Made by a program: the position numbers and the translations under genes. Below, piece after piece: positions 1 to 13,200 of a DNA stretch of 64,000 nucleotides. The first letter of the stretch is position 1. Every line of letters starts with the position of its first letter. The DNA comes from Eledone cirrhosa (taxonomy: Eukaryota): positions 177,320,001-177,384,000 of the forward strand of contig OZ024742.1 of NCBI GenBank assembly GCA_964016885.1, in the 5' to 3' direction. The notes beneath the pieces are model-generated. The model saw nothing but the letters and a program-made list of their open reading frames with translations. It did no database searches and was not told the DNA's origin.

Positions 1-606
1 AAAAGAGATATCGGATGCTGAATTTGCCGACGACATAGTTTTTGTGACAAATACAGTTAAGGGGGAAGAGGATTTGATGCAGGAGGTTGACAGTGTGTCG
101 ATGAGTGTGGGGCTGAGAATGAATGAGACTAAAACAAAATATCAGGTAGAGAATGTTGAGAAGCCAGAGGGGATTACTAATGTTGGCGGGAAGCCGCTAG
201 AATTGGTTGAGGATTTCCTGTATTTTGGAGCAATAATTGGGAATACGGAAGATGATGTGGTTGAGAGGAAGAGCAAAGCACGGGCGGCGTGCCACAGCTT
301 GAGATCGGTGTGGAAGTCGGATCATCGTAAAGACCTGCAATTCCGCCTCTTCATTGCTGTATTTGAGTCTGTGCTGCTGTACGGGTCTGAGACTTGGACA
401 CTGACCAAAAAACTCACTCATAAGGTGGATGGGTGCTACACGAGGATGCTTAGGATGGCTCTGAAGGTTAACGTATGTTGATGCCCTAAGGACAGACACT
501 GGTCTGTTGGAGACGCAGGACATGGCAGCGATAATGAGGGACAGAGACCGCTGGAGAGAACTTGTCCACGTGTCTCGGGAATTTTACCCGCCCTAGAAAA
601 AAAAAA
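1..606 (+). mobile_element. RTE-like LINE 3' fragment (RT C-terminus), internally deleted, short poly(A) end
   Basis: Frame from nt 2 reads DAEFADDIVF...VGLRMNETKTK...FLYFG...ESVLLYGSETWTL...YTRMLRMAL. After a deletion/frameshift it continues TYVDALRTDTG...DRDRWR, then an A-run and (TA)n. Confidence 0.85.
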
Positions 607-620
607 TATATATATATATA

Positions 621-819
621 ACTAAGGAATTGTGGTAAGGATCCAGATGGACCACAGCGCACCAGAGTACTCAATAATTAGGGTTGTAGAGTGGGAAATA
701 GGAAAAAGTATGACCCCGACGGCAGAGCTCAAGCCGTTTCGACGGCTATTTCTGGACGCGTCCAGAAAAAGCCGTCGAAACGGCTTGAGCTCTGCCGTCG
801 GGGTCATACTTTTTCCTAT
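621..819 (-). mobile_element. Small PLE-type 3'-end insertion in (TA)n with a 122-bp fold-back palindrome (698-819)
   Basis: 698-819 is self-complementary about ACG|CGT (758/759) with one mismatch. 621-697 is a unique tail similar to the reverse complement of 22536-22615. (TA)n on both sides. Confidence 0.7.
712..762 (-). ncRNA. 3' half of a type I hammerhead ribozyme (CUGANGA half lost at the fold-back)
   Basis: Minus strand: GACG..CGUC (possible stem II), GAA, ACGGC-UUGAGCUCU-GCCGU (stem III), C17 (GUC triplet), then GGGGUC. No upstream CUGANGA. Confidence 0.55.
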
Positions 820-1578
820 ATATATATATATATATATGTACATATATATATGTACATATATATATATGTACATATATATGTACATATATATACATATATA
901 TGTACATACACATATATAAATATATATAGAAAGAGAAATATATGAAGACTGAGATATATAGAGAGAGATAGAAATACAAATTCACATTCAAGCTGCATGA
1001 AGCATACAAAAATGCCTCTGCTTCATTATATATATATATGTGTCTGTGTGTGTTTGCGCGTGCGTGTGGGTGTGTGCATGGGTGTTTATACGTGTGTGTG
1101 TGTTTGTATATATGGTCGGATAGTTGTGTAGTTCTCCAACTCTTACCATAAAAAAAAACCTAATGTCAAATGTAATGAGTTATTGAGAAATGGAGGCACT
1201 TGTTTGAGATTTTTCCTGATTCCATGTGACTTATGATATTTATGGAAATCAATCTCAGTATATCTCTTGCTATATCAACCTATTTACTGTCTATATATCT
1301 ATTTATATACCTCTTTCGATATATATTTTAGTTACTTCGTGTTGATTCATCGTTGATCAATTTCGACCGACTATTGTAGAACATAATCTGAAAACCAGCA
1401 GCTCGATATATCATTAACATTATACAATCAGATGTTATCTAACGAAATCGTATATGTACTAATTACATCTAGTGTACAATTACGCAACAACACGCAGATG
1501 CCATTAAAATATGTATCACAGCTTTTTGTATAATATATTTAATGTAGGGAAGTAAAACTTTATTGCCTCTTACTTCCT

Positions 1579-1626
<48 letters not shown>

Positions 1627-2262
1627 GGGGAGTGTGTGTGCGTGTGTGTGGGGGTGTATATATATATATATATATATATATGAGTGTGTTTGTATTTTCC
1701 ATTGTTGCAGCTTCGTATAAATTGTGATTATTTATTTGATGACCACTTTTGTGATAATACATATATACACCTACAATATATGTGTGTATGACTTCATGAT
1801 ACTTACGTGTAGCTTTCAAAATATTTACTTCATCAACAAAATGTCGGCATAGAAATGCTGAATGCTGAGAAAGGCAGAATTCCATGAAAAGCCGAATTGT
1901 ATGAGAACAGTAGCACATTCAGGAATAATTCTTTGAATAGCACTTTTCATTTACAGTTTAATTATTGGTTCCATTCACATTATCACGCAGCATGTGCATG
2001 TTCACTGCAGATGTTTGAAACATTGAAACTGCATGTTTATTGTAACAATTTAGAGTAAATATTGCAGCTAGATAGAGCCTTATTCATAAAAACGTTCATA
2101 TATAATATAAAGTATGCCTATAAGTATACTTGAAGGCAGATTTCATGGATGTATGCTTGTATGTAGGTATTTATGTGTGGTGTGTCTGTATTTATGTGTG
2201 TATGAATATATGACGTATATATATATATATATATAGTTATATATAAGTGTGTGTGTGTGTGT

Positions 2263-2319
2263 GTAAGAGGTAAACAGAAATAACAACACAATCGGTACAG
2301 TATATGGAAAGGATATATA
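2263..2319 (-). mobile_element. 3'-terminal fragment of the HHR-bearing element family seen at 30387-30708
   Basis: TAAACAGAAATAACAACACAATCGGTACAGTATATGGAA is the reverse complement of the tail at ~30495-30533 and ~30665-30699. It abuts (TG)n. Confidence 0.75.
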
Positions 2320-2592
2320 AGGCGTGTGTGTGTGTGCATGTATGTATGTATGTATACGTGCACATATTTCGAAGAATAATTGGTTAAAAGTTGCCCAAAT
2401 CTAAACATAAAATCTAAGTGACAAAAACATATGAATGAATAAATAAATAAGTAAATAAATAAATGCGTGGAACAGAACTATTTATCAGTATATCTAACAA
2501 AAGTATAATGTTACATCTGTCACCAAAATTTTCACTCTTGATAATTGACTTTCTCTAATTCTCTTGTTCTCTATTTATCTTACTTTCTCTCA

Positions 2593-2630
<38 letters not shown>

Positions 2631-2883
2631 CTCTCTCTGTCCATGTCTCTTTCCGTCTCACACTCTCCTTGCCTCAAAATCTCCCCCCTCCTTCTCACTT
2701 TTTATTTCTATAATGTAATGCGCAATGTATTGGGTGGCTGGCCGGTTGGTCATTTATCACATGGTCCCATATAGAGAAATGTTTACATGTTTATACACTC
2801 AATTGCTTAATATTTCATAGTATAAAGCGAATGATGTGTGGGAACTTGTCGATCGACTATATATATATACTATACACACACAG

Positions 2884-2914
<31 letters not shown>

Positions 2915-2926
2915 CGCATAGACATC

Positions 2927-2963
<37 letters not shown>

Positions 2964-3432
2964 ACATATATATATATATATATAATTCAAGAAAGAAGTT
3001 ACTGATGTTATTGTTCTGGTGTGAGACCACTCTTCAATAAAATCCATGCCTTGCGTATTATCCTCATATCCACTGGCTCTGATGAATTATCTAGTTGTAA
3101 AGAAGGTATTGGAGTTCGATTGACTCAACATCAAACGATTAGCGAACTCTAGACCTAACAGATCAACGAAACAATTGTCAGCATTGTGAATAAAGCCCCT
3201 ATTGTACAGCCAACCATGTTACTCTTCCTTCTTGAATTATTATTACTCCAAGTATAACCTACATAGAAATCACCGCGAACTCGCTGCATCACTATGGAAG
3301 CGTCTATATATACGCATAGACATTTATATATATATATATATATATATATGTGTACATATAGACATTTATATATATAAATATACATAAGTGTACATATAGA
3401 CATTTATATATATATATATACACGCATAGACA

Positions 3433-3475
<43 letters not shown>

Positions 3476-6400
3476 ACATATATATATACATATATATATA
3501 TACACATATATATATATATATGATATAGATATATATACAAATATCTATATATTTGTAATGTTAAAAGCATTTAATTTTTTTATAGATTTATACTTTCTTT
3601 TCTTTTGCTATTATACTGGTGTCGGTTACACTGCAGCCTTGGTTTAATTAATCATATCTATCTCAGTAATATTCTTTCAAGTGAAATGTCTCGGTGAGTC
3701 GAAATAATTTATGTCGTTACATATTGCTTGACTCAAATGAGGAAAGTTCAGTTATTTAGTTACGTACTCTATTCTCCCCCACGAAATTTCACGTACGTTT
3801 GTCATGTATTTCGTCTCGCTTTCTGTCTTGTAAAATCTTCCAGTACACTGTTATTAGACATATATAGCATTACCTATGTTATTAGACACTGTGAAGACAT
3901 ATATAGGCACATATCTTTAGTTGCAAACGAATATTTCTATTAACATCTCTCTTTGTTTCACACATTCTAATTACAAAAATTACTAAAATGTTATTCCATA
4001 ATTTCGGAACAAGCTTGGGTTTCATTATGATACATGAAATTTTAACAAGGTGTATTATTCAATAAAAAGGTTTCCTCCACTTGTTTTACAAAGGACTGTA
4101 AGTGCATCCGTAATTTCCCATGTGTATACCGTTTGCAAAAATGTAACATTTAACGATTTATATGAAACTGGAAGAAGATAAATTTGAGGCCTATTCAAAG
4201 TATCAAAAGAAAATAAAACAACAATATAACAAAACTCTAACGCAAACAACAGATACAACGTTTAATTATTTCAATCCGGAAGTCTACCAATTAAAAATGA
4301 AGGAGATCGAAACGATAAAACGCCATATTCATATAAAGATGGTTGTCGTATGATAAAAATGAATGAGAAGCATTGGTGCCTGTTTTTTCTCTTATATGCG
4401 TAAGACAGAGAAGTTTACTCAGAGAGTGAAAGATTAAAAAAAGAGAAAGAGAATGAGATAGATTGAGAGAGAGAGAGGAGGGGAGGAAGAGAGAGAAACT
4501 TATTTCATAAGAACTTATTGATTTTGATCATTTAATTAAGTGTACAATATCAACGAGAATTTAAATCAAAAGATAGGTTATGGTATTTAAGATGAGTATT
4601 TAATAGGCTAGATGATAAATATGTTTTGTTATGAGGATTATAGAAAGTGAACAAATGTTGATGATTCCTTACTGAAGCACAATATCAGTTTTTTTTCGGG
4701 AGATAAGATAGAATAGTCGTTCAAATCTTCACCGAAACATATCTGATATGTAATTTTACGTCGACCCCCCAAGGATTATTATTTATGCTATTTCAGCAGG
4801 AAGTAATTGTACAGTATCTGCTGCTGAAATTGCTGAAATCGTGAAGTTGATGAGACTGATGACTGTGATGGGTATTAGCTGTTTAGTGTAATCAATATCC
4901 ATTCCAGAGAATAAAATAAGCTAACAATGCCAAAATACCAGCTAGTGGTATTACACCATCTGGTCGGAAGGCCATGGACAGCGATAAATACAAACACAAA
5001 GCTCCCAGGTCTTGTCGAAAGAAGAAATATTTTAACTTCAGTGTAGGTTCCATTTCTTTACGTTCTGAATTCAAATCCCACTGCGATTAACTTTGCCTTT
5101 TGTCCTTCCGGTGTAAATAAAATTACGTACCACTAAAATACTGAGGCCAATATAATCGAATTTTACCTTCTTCAAATTGCTGGCCGTGAGCATAAAGCAA
5201 AATCGATGATTGATTGCGATGAATTGGCAAAGTCGTTAGTGCTCTGGATGAAATGCGTTGCAGTATTTCGTTACATACATCTACATTCTGGTTTCAAGGA
5301 TCGCCGAAGTAAGCAATTGCATGTCATCCTTTCCAACACGATGAAATATTGTACAAAGAAATGACTTGCCTCATGTTAAAATTAGGTAGAATAAATACCA
5401 AACCAGTGACAAGGTTGTCATTGTTCCAACATAATGCACACCACTAAATCCATCTATGATTCAGTCCAAAGATTAAGTCTACGATACAAGAAATGGAACA
5501 GTCGTGCGTAGGTTTCTGGCTACACAGTTACAATCTAACTGCTTACGCTGAGCCAAGACTATAGTAGACGTTACTATTCCAAAATACAGTGGGATCGAAC
5601 TCGAAACTACAATGTATCACACATCATGCCTTTGATTTATCTTGACCTAACACACAAACATAGATCCAAATGTTCTGTTATTCGGAAAGAGGTCCATCAG
5701 TTTCGATGATTATTGGTCCACTTTTTCGATCAACACAACAGCCAGGTCATGAAATTAAAGTGTATGGGGCTGAGCATTCCACAAACAAATATGGTAATTG
5801 TTAGGGGGATTCAGGATGATACAGCGTACGACTACGCCGGCTCTTTGAATTAGTGCTACACGCCATCCGATGGGCTTTCAATTACTTTCCGCGTACTCCA
5901 TTTCGCACATGGGGCATTGTTTGGCCCTAGGATATTGTAAAAGACATTTATTAAAGCTGTTTTATAGTGGATTTAAACCGGGACACTAACAATTGCGTAA
6001 CAAACACCCTACCCATTTGACCTTCCTCCGAACATTCCTGCTATATCACATGGCTGCTAGTAGCCGATAATGTCTCAGATTATTCCATTTGGCTCATCTA
6101 ATGACTAACCTGATAAATACATTTTCCCAAATATACCTAAACTCAACCTTTTGAAATGTCTGCGATACAGAGATCGATACGGTATGATGTGGTATGCTAA
6201 GCACCTTTTATCGGATATTATGTTTTTCTTCAAAATGGCTTTAAAATGCCTGTTATATAATTTGGAAAGTTTCCGCCTCTTAATTTACGATTTACTAAAC
6301 CCGGTGAAATGAATTATACTCGATAGCTCCTGGCTGAAAAGCCAAAGAAATTCACGAAATATTTATATTATAACAAGGAGAGACTTATCTCTTTGTTAAT

Positions 6401-8716
6401 ATCACTATTTTGCATCGGTGATTTAAACTGATTAAAAAATCAATTAACTTAAGGACTCCCTTTATTGCTAGGATTATTAATGAAATCCATCGTCCTATTT
6501 GGTACGGTTGAAACAGAGGATATTCTACAGAGTTTAATAGTGATTTATAAATTTCATAATCTTTGAATTAAATTTAAGTGCTTTTTTTGCATCGAAATAC
6601 ATCGCCTCCCTCCACCGTACATTAATTAACATTGCTTTGTGAGTATTTGGTTTACTTTCTTCTCTAAACTGAGCTACTTGAATCTCTGCAGGAAATTTAA
6701 AAGACAAATAACAACAAATAACATGGAAAGTCTATAACAATATTTGCGTGTTTAATTAAGGGATACAAATCCCAAACTTATCTTGAAAGGATTATTAAGA
6801 GTGTATTTAAGATGGGAAATGAAAATACCGAAATATCTTATTTTCATGAAGTGAAAATAGTTAATTGATATTCAATTATAATAAGAGTGGATCTAAATTG
6901 TTTTGAGAAACCGTGAAATGGCACTGGCGCTGCAACGTTTATAATGAAATCCATCATTTTAATATTTTCATTAATAGGACATTGAGATTCTTCGGAAATT
7001 ATTTCAGCACTTGATGGAGTGTTGTGTATAGAATTTGTTTCGCATGAGCAAGTGTATATTTCAAATTCTGCAGCGAAATAAAGTTCGTTCACTTTGTTTC
7101 GTTATTACTGAAGATGATTGATAAAAATGAATAACAATTTCCTTTGGAGGAACCTATAATGAAATACCAAAGAGTGAAATATAATTTGGCATGATATTTT
7201 TTAACCAATTTTACACTTCAAATTCTGTAAATAAATATGAAAATATGTGGAACATATACGAAGGAAGGAATGTTTCGTCGTTTAGCCACAGGTTACTTCT
7301 GGCGAACATACATATGACCAGAGACATCTAGACTTAATCTGTCAAATTTTTTCAAAATAAAATATTCTAAAGTCTGTCACAATTTCGGGGGATAATCAGT
7401 CTCGGTTTCATTGGCTTTAAGAGGTGGAGAGTAAAATACCCCTTGGATATGACGTCAATCCATCGAAGAGTTAAACCCCCAGCTACTTCCATTACTAGTA
7501 TTTAGCGGAACACAATCGAACAACGTGAAATCAAGTGTTTTCTGCAAAACCACATCACACTATTCGGTCCAGGAAATTCTGCTTCCATAATCCGATTTTA
7601 CGACTAGATACTTTCCTGTTTCGTTTTATAATGTATGTGTTAATTTACAGAATACACTTCAATATAGATTAGGTCCTGCGTGCGGTTACCTATCATTAAT
7701 TCACTGAATAAAGATCAACCTCTGAGGTACTTCGTAAATTTTCACATGTCTGAAACATAACAAGAATCTTTGAGATTTTTAAACTCGACCCTTTAAATCA
7801 TTGATACATAAATATCATAAAAATCGTCTAAAACAAGGAAGCTATCCTTCAATTGGGTTTTCCATGTCTGAAAGCCTTCTACCGACCTCAAGCCCTATTA
7901 GAATGAATCTCTAACACACAGGCTAAGATCAGATACCGCAAAGCTTCTCCTCTGACTTTTTTAATGTTCGCCAATCCACCATCCCTGAAGTGGGTATAAT
8001 GCTAAATTGACCTCAGCAAGATTTGAACCTTGAGCGAAGTAAGTCGGGTCAAACACCAGAGTTCAACTCACGCTAGTTATATTAGACATTTTATCACTCA
8101 ATGATCTATGTTCAAGTTTAAATATGTCCCAAGTAAATTATGATTTTTGTTTCAAAGCTGTTCTTTTAAAAAACAATCCATAATGACATTTACCTCTTAT
8201 GCTATCTCTGGGAAACATTCTTTTAACTCCGAGCCAATTAAATATATAGAAGCTTCTTTAAGTACGTACAATGCACTCGTGCTTGAATTGTAGTTATAAT
8301 CATTATTTGAATTATTGTCAACAGAAGTAATTTATACATGTGAAAAACGACCAAACTTTTAACACCTCATATTCAGATAGTTATCTTTTGGATATTCTGT
8401 TGTTTAAAAACAAACAAATATCGAAGAAACAGTTTTGGCAATTATTCCGCTTGTTTTCTAACTCCCACAGCCTTCTTCTTAATAACGTATCTTACATTGC
8501 ATGCTAGTCTAATCAAATATTTACATTTGAATTACTCGAAATATGTCTTACATGTTCGAATTTTCTATGAATCAAACTGATTCAAAATTCTATTTTTTTA
8601 TAGCGTTTTCCTAGTTTAAAACAGACTAGATAATTTGAGAGATTACATAATTAATTTTGTCTTTCATTCAACTTATAAATGTAACATTAAAATAATATTC
8701 TGTGTGTTAACATAAC

Positions 8717-8914
8717 AGGGGAACCGATATTATTATGCCGGTAGACCGTCAGACATCATGCTTTGCAGGATAGAGGTATGGCCCTTTATGATCTGAGTTC
8801 AAATCCTGTCAAGGATAACTTTGCTTGTCATCCTTAAGGGGTCGATAAAATAAAAGCCCCAGTAATGCACTGGGTAATTGCTGCCCTTGTGCCAAAAGTA
8901 GAAACAATTATTAT
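8717..8914 (+). mobile_element. tRNA-derived SINE (diverged copy)
   Basis: B-box GAGTTCAAATCC, central TCATCCTTAAGGGGTCGATAAAAT and end GTGCCAAAAGTAGAAACAATTATTAT. Aligns with 15431-15625 and 51804-52013. Confidence 0.8.
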
Positions 8915-9057
8915 GCAAGGATTTGAAGTAAATATATTCATTCGCACGCTATTCATATAAGCAGTTTTAATAAAATGACTAGATGACTTGAGCAAATAAC
9001 AGACAAATAACAGACATTGATTCACTATTTCCTTTTTTTGTGTCTGTCACCATTAAG

Positions 9058-9209
9058 ACCTTTGATTTTCTTGGTATCCGCAAAAGCGCATCTCGTGAAA
9101 ATGGAGGCCGGCGAGCGAGGATGGGTTATGCAGCGTCTGTATCTGGCTCTTCTCCGGTGCAACGCTTGCACCCTTTCGCCCCCGGGACGTAGCTGAAATA
9201 TATTGTCCG
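9058..9209 (+). other. Candidate exon (probably non-coding or 5'UTR)
   Basis: GC/CpG-rich 152 bp in AT-rich unique DNA, preceded by a polypyrimidine tract and TTAAG|, followed by CCG|GTGAGT. All three frames contain a stop. Confidence 0.35.
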
Positions 9210-10179
9210 GTGAGTAGAACAGTTTCCTCTTTGTTTCCTTCATTGTTATTATTTCATCATTTATTCTGTCTTTCTTTCATTTGTATTTTACATTCATTTC
9301 TCCGCCATTGTAGAGTTGATGCATATTAAGCACTAATATATTAAAAATATATAACTTTTATTCATTTGATTTATCGATATATGTATTATAATAGTTTATT
9401 TCCGTTTGACCAAATGTTCATTAATGTTAAACGAAGAATATCATTCGTTTATTGAAGTCATAAATTATTAAATCATTCATTGAAGCGATCGTCGATCCTT
9501 GTTTAATATTTTTATCTCTTGTTTTTGTTTTTGAACACTTATTAACTTTTTCTTGATATTTTCATTTCAGTTTTGTTTCTCAGTTTCTCTTCCATTAGTT
9601 AGCAAATATTATATTTTTTATATCTCTCATTGAAGTTGACAGTTTGTCATGTTTATCCAATTACAAAACAAAATAAAGAATTTCAAGCTTTCCTGGATGT
9701 CTAATTAACTACTAAAAACGATTTATGCTCTAAAATTATTGTAATAGAAAACATTATTTCATCATATAAATTAATCTATAAATTTATAAGAACCTCTTCT
9801 GCAGGTCTTCTCCTCACACACTCATCTGGCCGTATCATTCAAGATTTTTATATTTGTCCACTGTCCATCGATTAAATTTCATTAAATATTTTAAAACGGA
9901 AGTCATATGAAATCATATTGCAATATTAGTGCGTAGTTTGTTGTATATTACGGATTAGCATTTCTTTAGATAACTTTATTAACTATAATGCAGTTATCCT
10001 CCGTCGGATTCGACGATGAAAGTTCAAGTGTTTGATCTAAAAAAATCAACCTGTTCATGAAATTAACGTGACTGAGCAATCTTCAAACGCACGTAACCTT
10101 ATAGTAATTCAAGTAAATTAAGGCTGGTCTTCCAAACAGTTTTCGTCTACTTGGTCGACTTGTGTCAGTGGTAAATAAC

Positions 10180-10260
10180 GGTTGCCCAAGATTCGATGCA
10201 GTGGGAGTGAACCCGAGACATAATGATTGCGAAACGAACTTTGTAACCACTCGAACATCC
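10180..10260 (-). mobile_element. Old SINE head fragment (second family)
   Basis: TTGCCCAAG...GCAGTGGGAGTGAACCC resembles an antisense B-box plus a CORE-like segment. Similar relics at ~5590-5610, ~5900-5990, ~11200-11240 (+) and ~13940-14030. Confidence 0.45.
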
Positions 10261-13200
10261 TGCTGTAATATTAACTATAATTTTAACTGGTAAACTGGTG
10301 TATAATTAGACATATTGAAAGCGTGATTAGATGTATCTCCGTCTATTTCATATATAAAAAGACAGTTCAGTAAGAATACTTTTCGGTTATACACAGCTGG
10401 AAAAAATTAAAATACAAGACGCCCCACTGTGGAGTAGCTCTTACAGCGCATCCTGTTCGCTATCGTCTTGCATAATGTATTTCAGTTCATCTTAATGTCA
10501 TGCTTATATTCATAGAATTACTGTTCATTTTACAACATGACAGGTACAATTTAGAGAGCCTTCATTGTTTTAGATTATCACTAGCACACATTCACACAAC
10601 CATGACAGCCTGAACTCTTGACGCAAATGTTACTTTTTTGTCTCATGACACTAGTTTGCAGACGTAGTGGATAACTAACAAAACTATATGCCTAATCACG
10701 TGATCATCATCAACCAATCAAATAGTATCTTATACATATATCATTTTGAGCCATGTTTTCTCCATAAACATGAGAGCATTTTCGAACTGCAATATTTCTG
10801 CCTCGACGCATATTTCTCGTTATGCAAATGGATTTTTTTTAAACCAAACATTTACAGGTTTCTTCATCGGCAAATTCTGAATGCAGTTATACCACGATTA
10901 TTATTTATGATATATAATTATTTAGTAGGTTTAATTTAGCGCCATTATATTATTGACTTCTGCATTAACATTTATTGCGTTTTCAAATATTCAATTTCCG
11001 ACTATTAAATAACATTTGAATAATCAAATCTAAATGAAAACACATTTTCTATATCACCTGTTGGAAAGTAATAGGAAGTTTATGTAAATTTAAAGGAGAA
11101 ATCTATGTTTATTTCCGGTAGGCTTTCATATGTTTGTTGGCAATATGTGAACGGAGCATTACTGAATGTTTAAGATATTTACTTTGTAAATATCAAACCA
11201 TACGTTCGATCCCATGGCGTGCCATCTTGTGCAACTGCGATTTATCATTGTCGTAGGTCGACACCTGATTCTGGAGTGCAATTGGCTTGACGGGAGCTGT
11301 CTGGAAGTGAATCCATCTCATGGAATGTTCCCGTAATTAAATGGCCCAGGCTTGCTACACATAACATATGTCATGCTGAAACTTCCTGAAAATTCCGTTA
11401 ATGGTACACGTGACCGTTGAATGCTCAACCATTTACATGTTAATTTCTTGAGCAGGCTGTTCTTTTGATCCAACAACTGGAACAATTACCGTCTAAAGCT
11501 ACGGAAATCCATCATCTTCCCGATTTAATGCTCATCGCAGATGATACACATCTGCGTATTTTATTGTATTTCATTGGGCAGAGGTGGTACCATAGCTAAT
11601 GAGTGTTATCCACCGAAGCGTGTTTACTGCTAGTTTGAAATTATTGTAATTTTCAATATTCATTCTTATGTGTTTCCAGATTAAGCAGACCTATACCTAC
11701 AAACGTTCTAGCCGTAGCCATCACATATTTTCCGAAATATATTATCTAATGTGTTTTATATGGGGTGCTAGTTGGTGTTTTGATTGGTGATGTTTGAATG
11801 TTGTTTCTACACAGGATAGTTAAACACGTGAGATCCTTCTTTCGTATGTGCATATGCATGCTGTTATTACTATTGGCAAGATTTGCTTTTATACTGGTCG
11901 AAAAGGCCTTGTAATTCACTCCTGTCATTTTACGCTATAATTTCAAATCTCCACTATGTCAGTTTTATATTTAATTGCTTTGGAATCGATATCATCTTAA
12001 AATACCGAAATAATCTGATGTCAGTTCAATTTAGTATACTCTTCTCTTAGCAAATGCTATATTCATATGATGAAAATGAAATCAATACTGCCACAATTTA
12101 AAACGGTTATCGAGTGGAAATAATATTCTGGTAAGCCTATTTTTCTGACCCAGTTTTCAGTCAGAACTGTAGTCTTATCACTTCCATTTAAATTGCTAAT
12201 GCGTTATACATTTGGCGTTCTCCGACTCATGGATCAGAATTGTGAGACATGAAGCATGGGGAATATGTCATTTCTTTTATGACAAACTATTAAATACACT
12301 TCCACACACTTGCTTTCTTTTTACAGTTACCGATCAGTTACATATCAGCCAAACAGCTAAATATGATTTTCAAATAATTTTGAAAATTACCAAGAATTTC
12401 GACAAATTAAGTTATATAACTGACTTTCTCAATTTTAAGCTTGCGTTCAGATCCTAGCAAAGGTACTTACATAGAATTTTGACGAAAGACTTTAGACAAA
12501 TATAACATATTTAACACTTTTGTTACAATAATTCTATGAAAGCTAATGCCTATTTAAAAAAAAAAATTTAAACAATCAAGTATTTGGTGAAATTAAGCAA
12601 ATTAACTGATATTATGGAGTTTTAAAATCAATTTCACAAAAGTAACATTATGAGCGAATCTATTTAGATAAACATAAACACTATCGTACAACTAGTTTTG
12701 AGTTATTTAAACAAGGCAACTTATGGCGGTTTGTACTCAAAATGATTAACATATAAATATTTATCATACATTCTTTCATATTACCTTTCATAATAGTTCT
12801 GTGCCTAGTTCAGCAAGTCCTTCATCTTAAAGTAGGAATATATTTTCGCACGTTTTGCTTTAAATGTGCAGAAAACCTTTGAGCAAAATAATGTTCTCAC
12901 CAAGATGGTACTCTCGCGCAAGACCTAAAACAAAATTCTTCTTCAATGCATTTAGAACTCAATGTAAGTAACCAAAAAAAAATATATAATATAAAATATC
13001 ACAAATCGAAAAGAATCACCCAATTTACTCTTAAATCTAACTGCATACAGTTTTTCACGTTTTTTGTTTTTTTCCCAAGAACATCTTTAAATGTACTTCT
13101 AAATTGACACAAATTAAATGTTTCATTTTGTCACACATTCGGAAGTTATTCTATTCATTTAGTTAATGGAATTATATTTTCTTGAAAGAAAAGTTAAATT

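Noticed and set aside
698-819. Palindromes as MITEs, terminators or pre-miRNAs
   Set aside because: Asymmetric unique tail, HHR motifs and similarity to the PLE inverted-end architecture fit retroelement fold-back better. No evidence for miRNA processing.
3079-3085. CTGATGA hammerhead-like heptamer
   Set aside because: No downstream GAAA or supporting stems.
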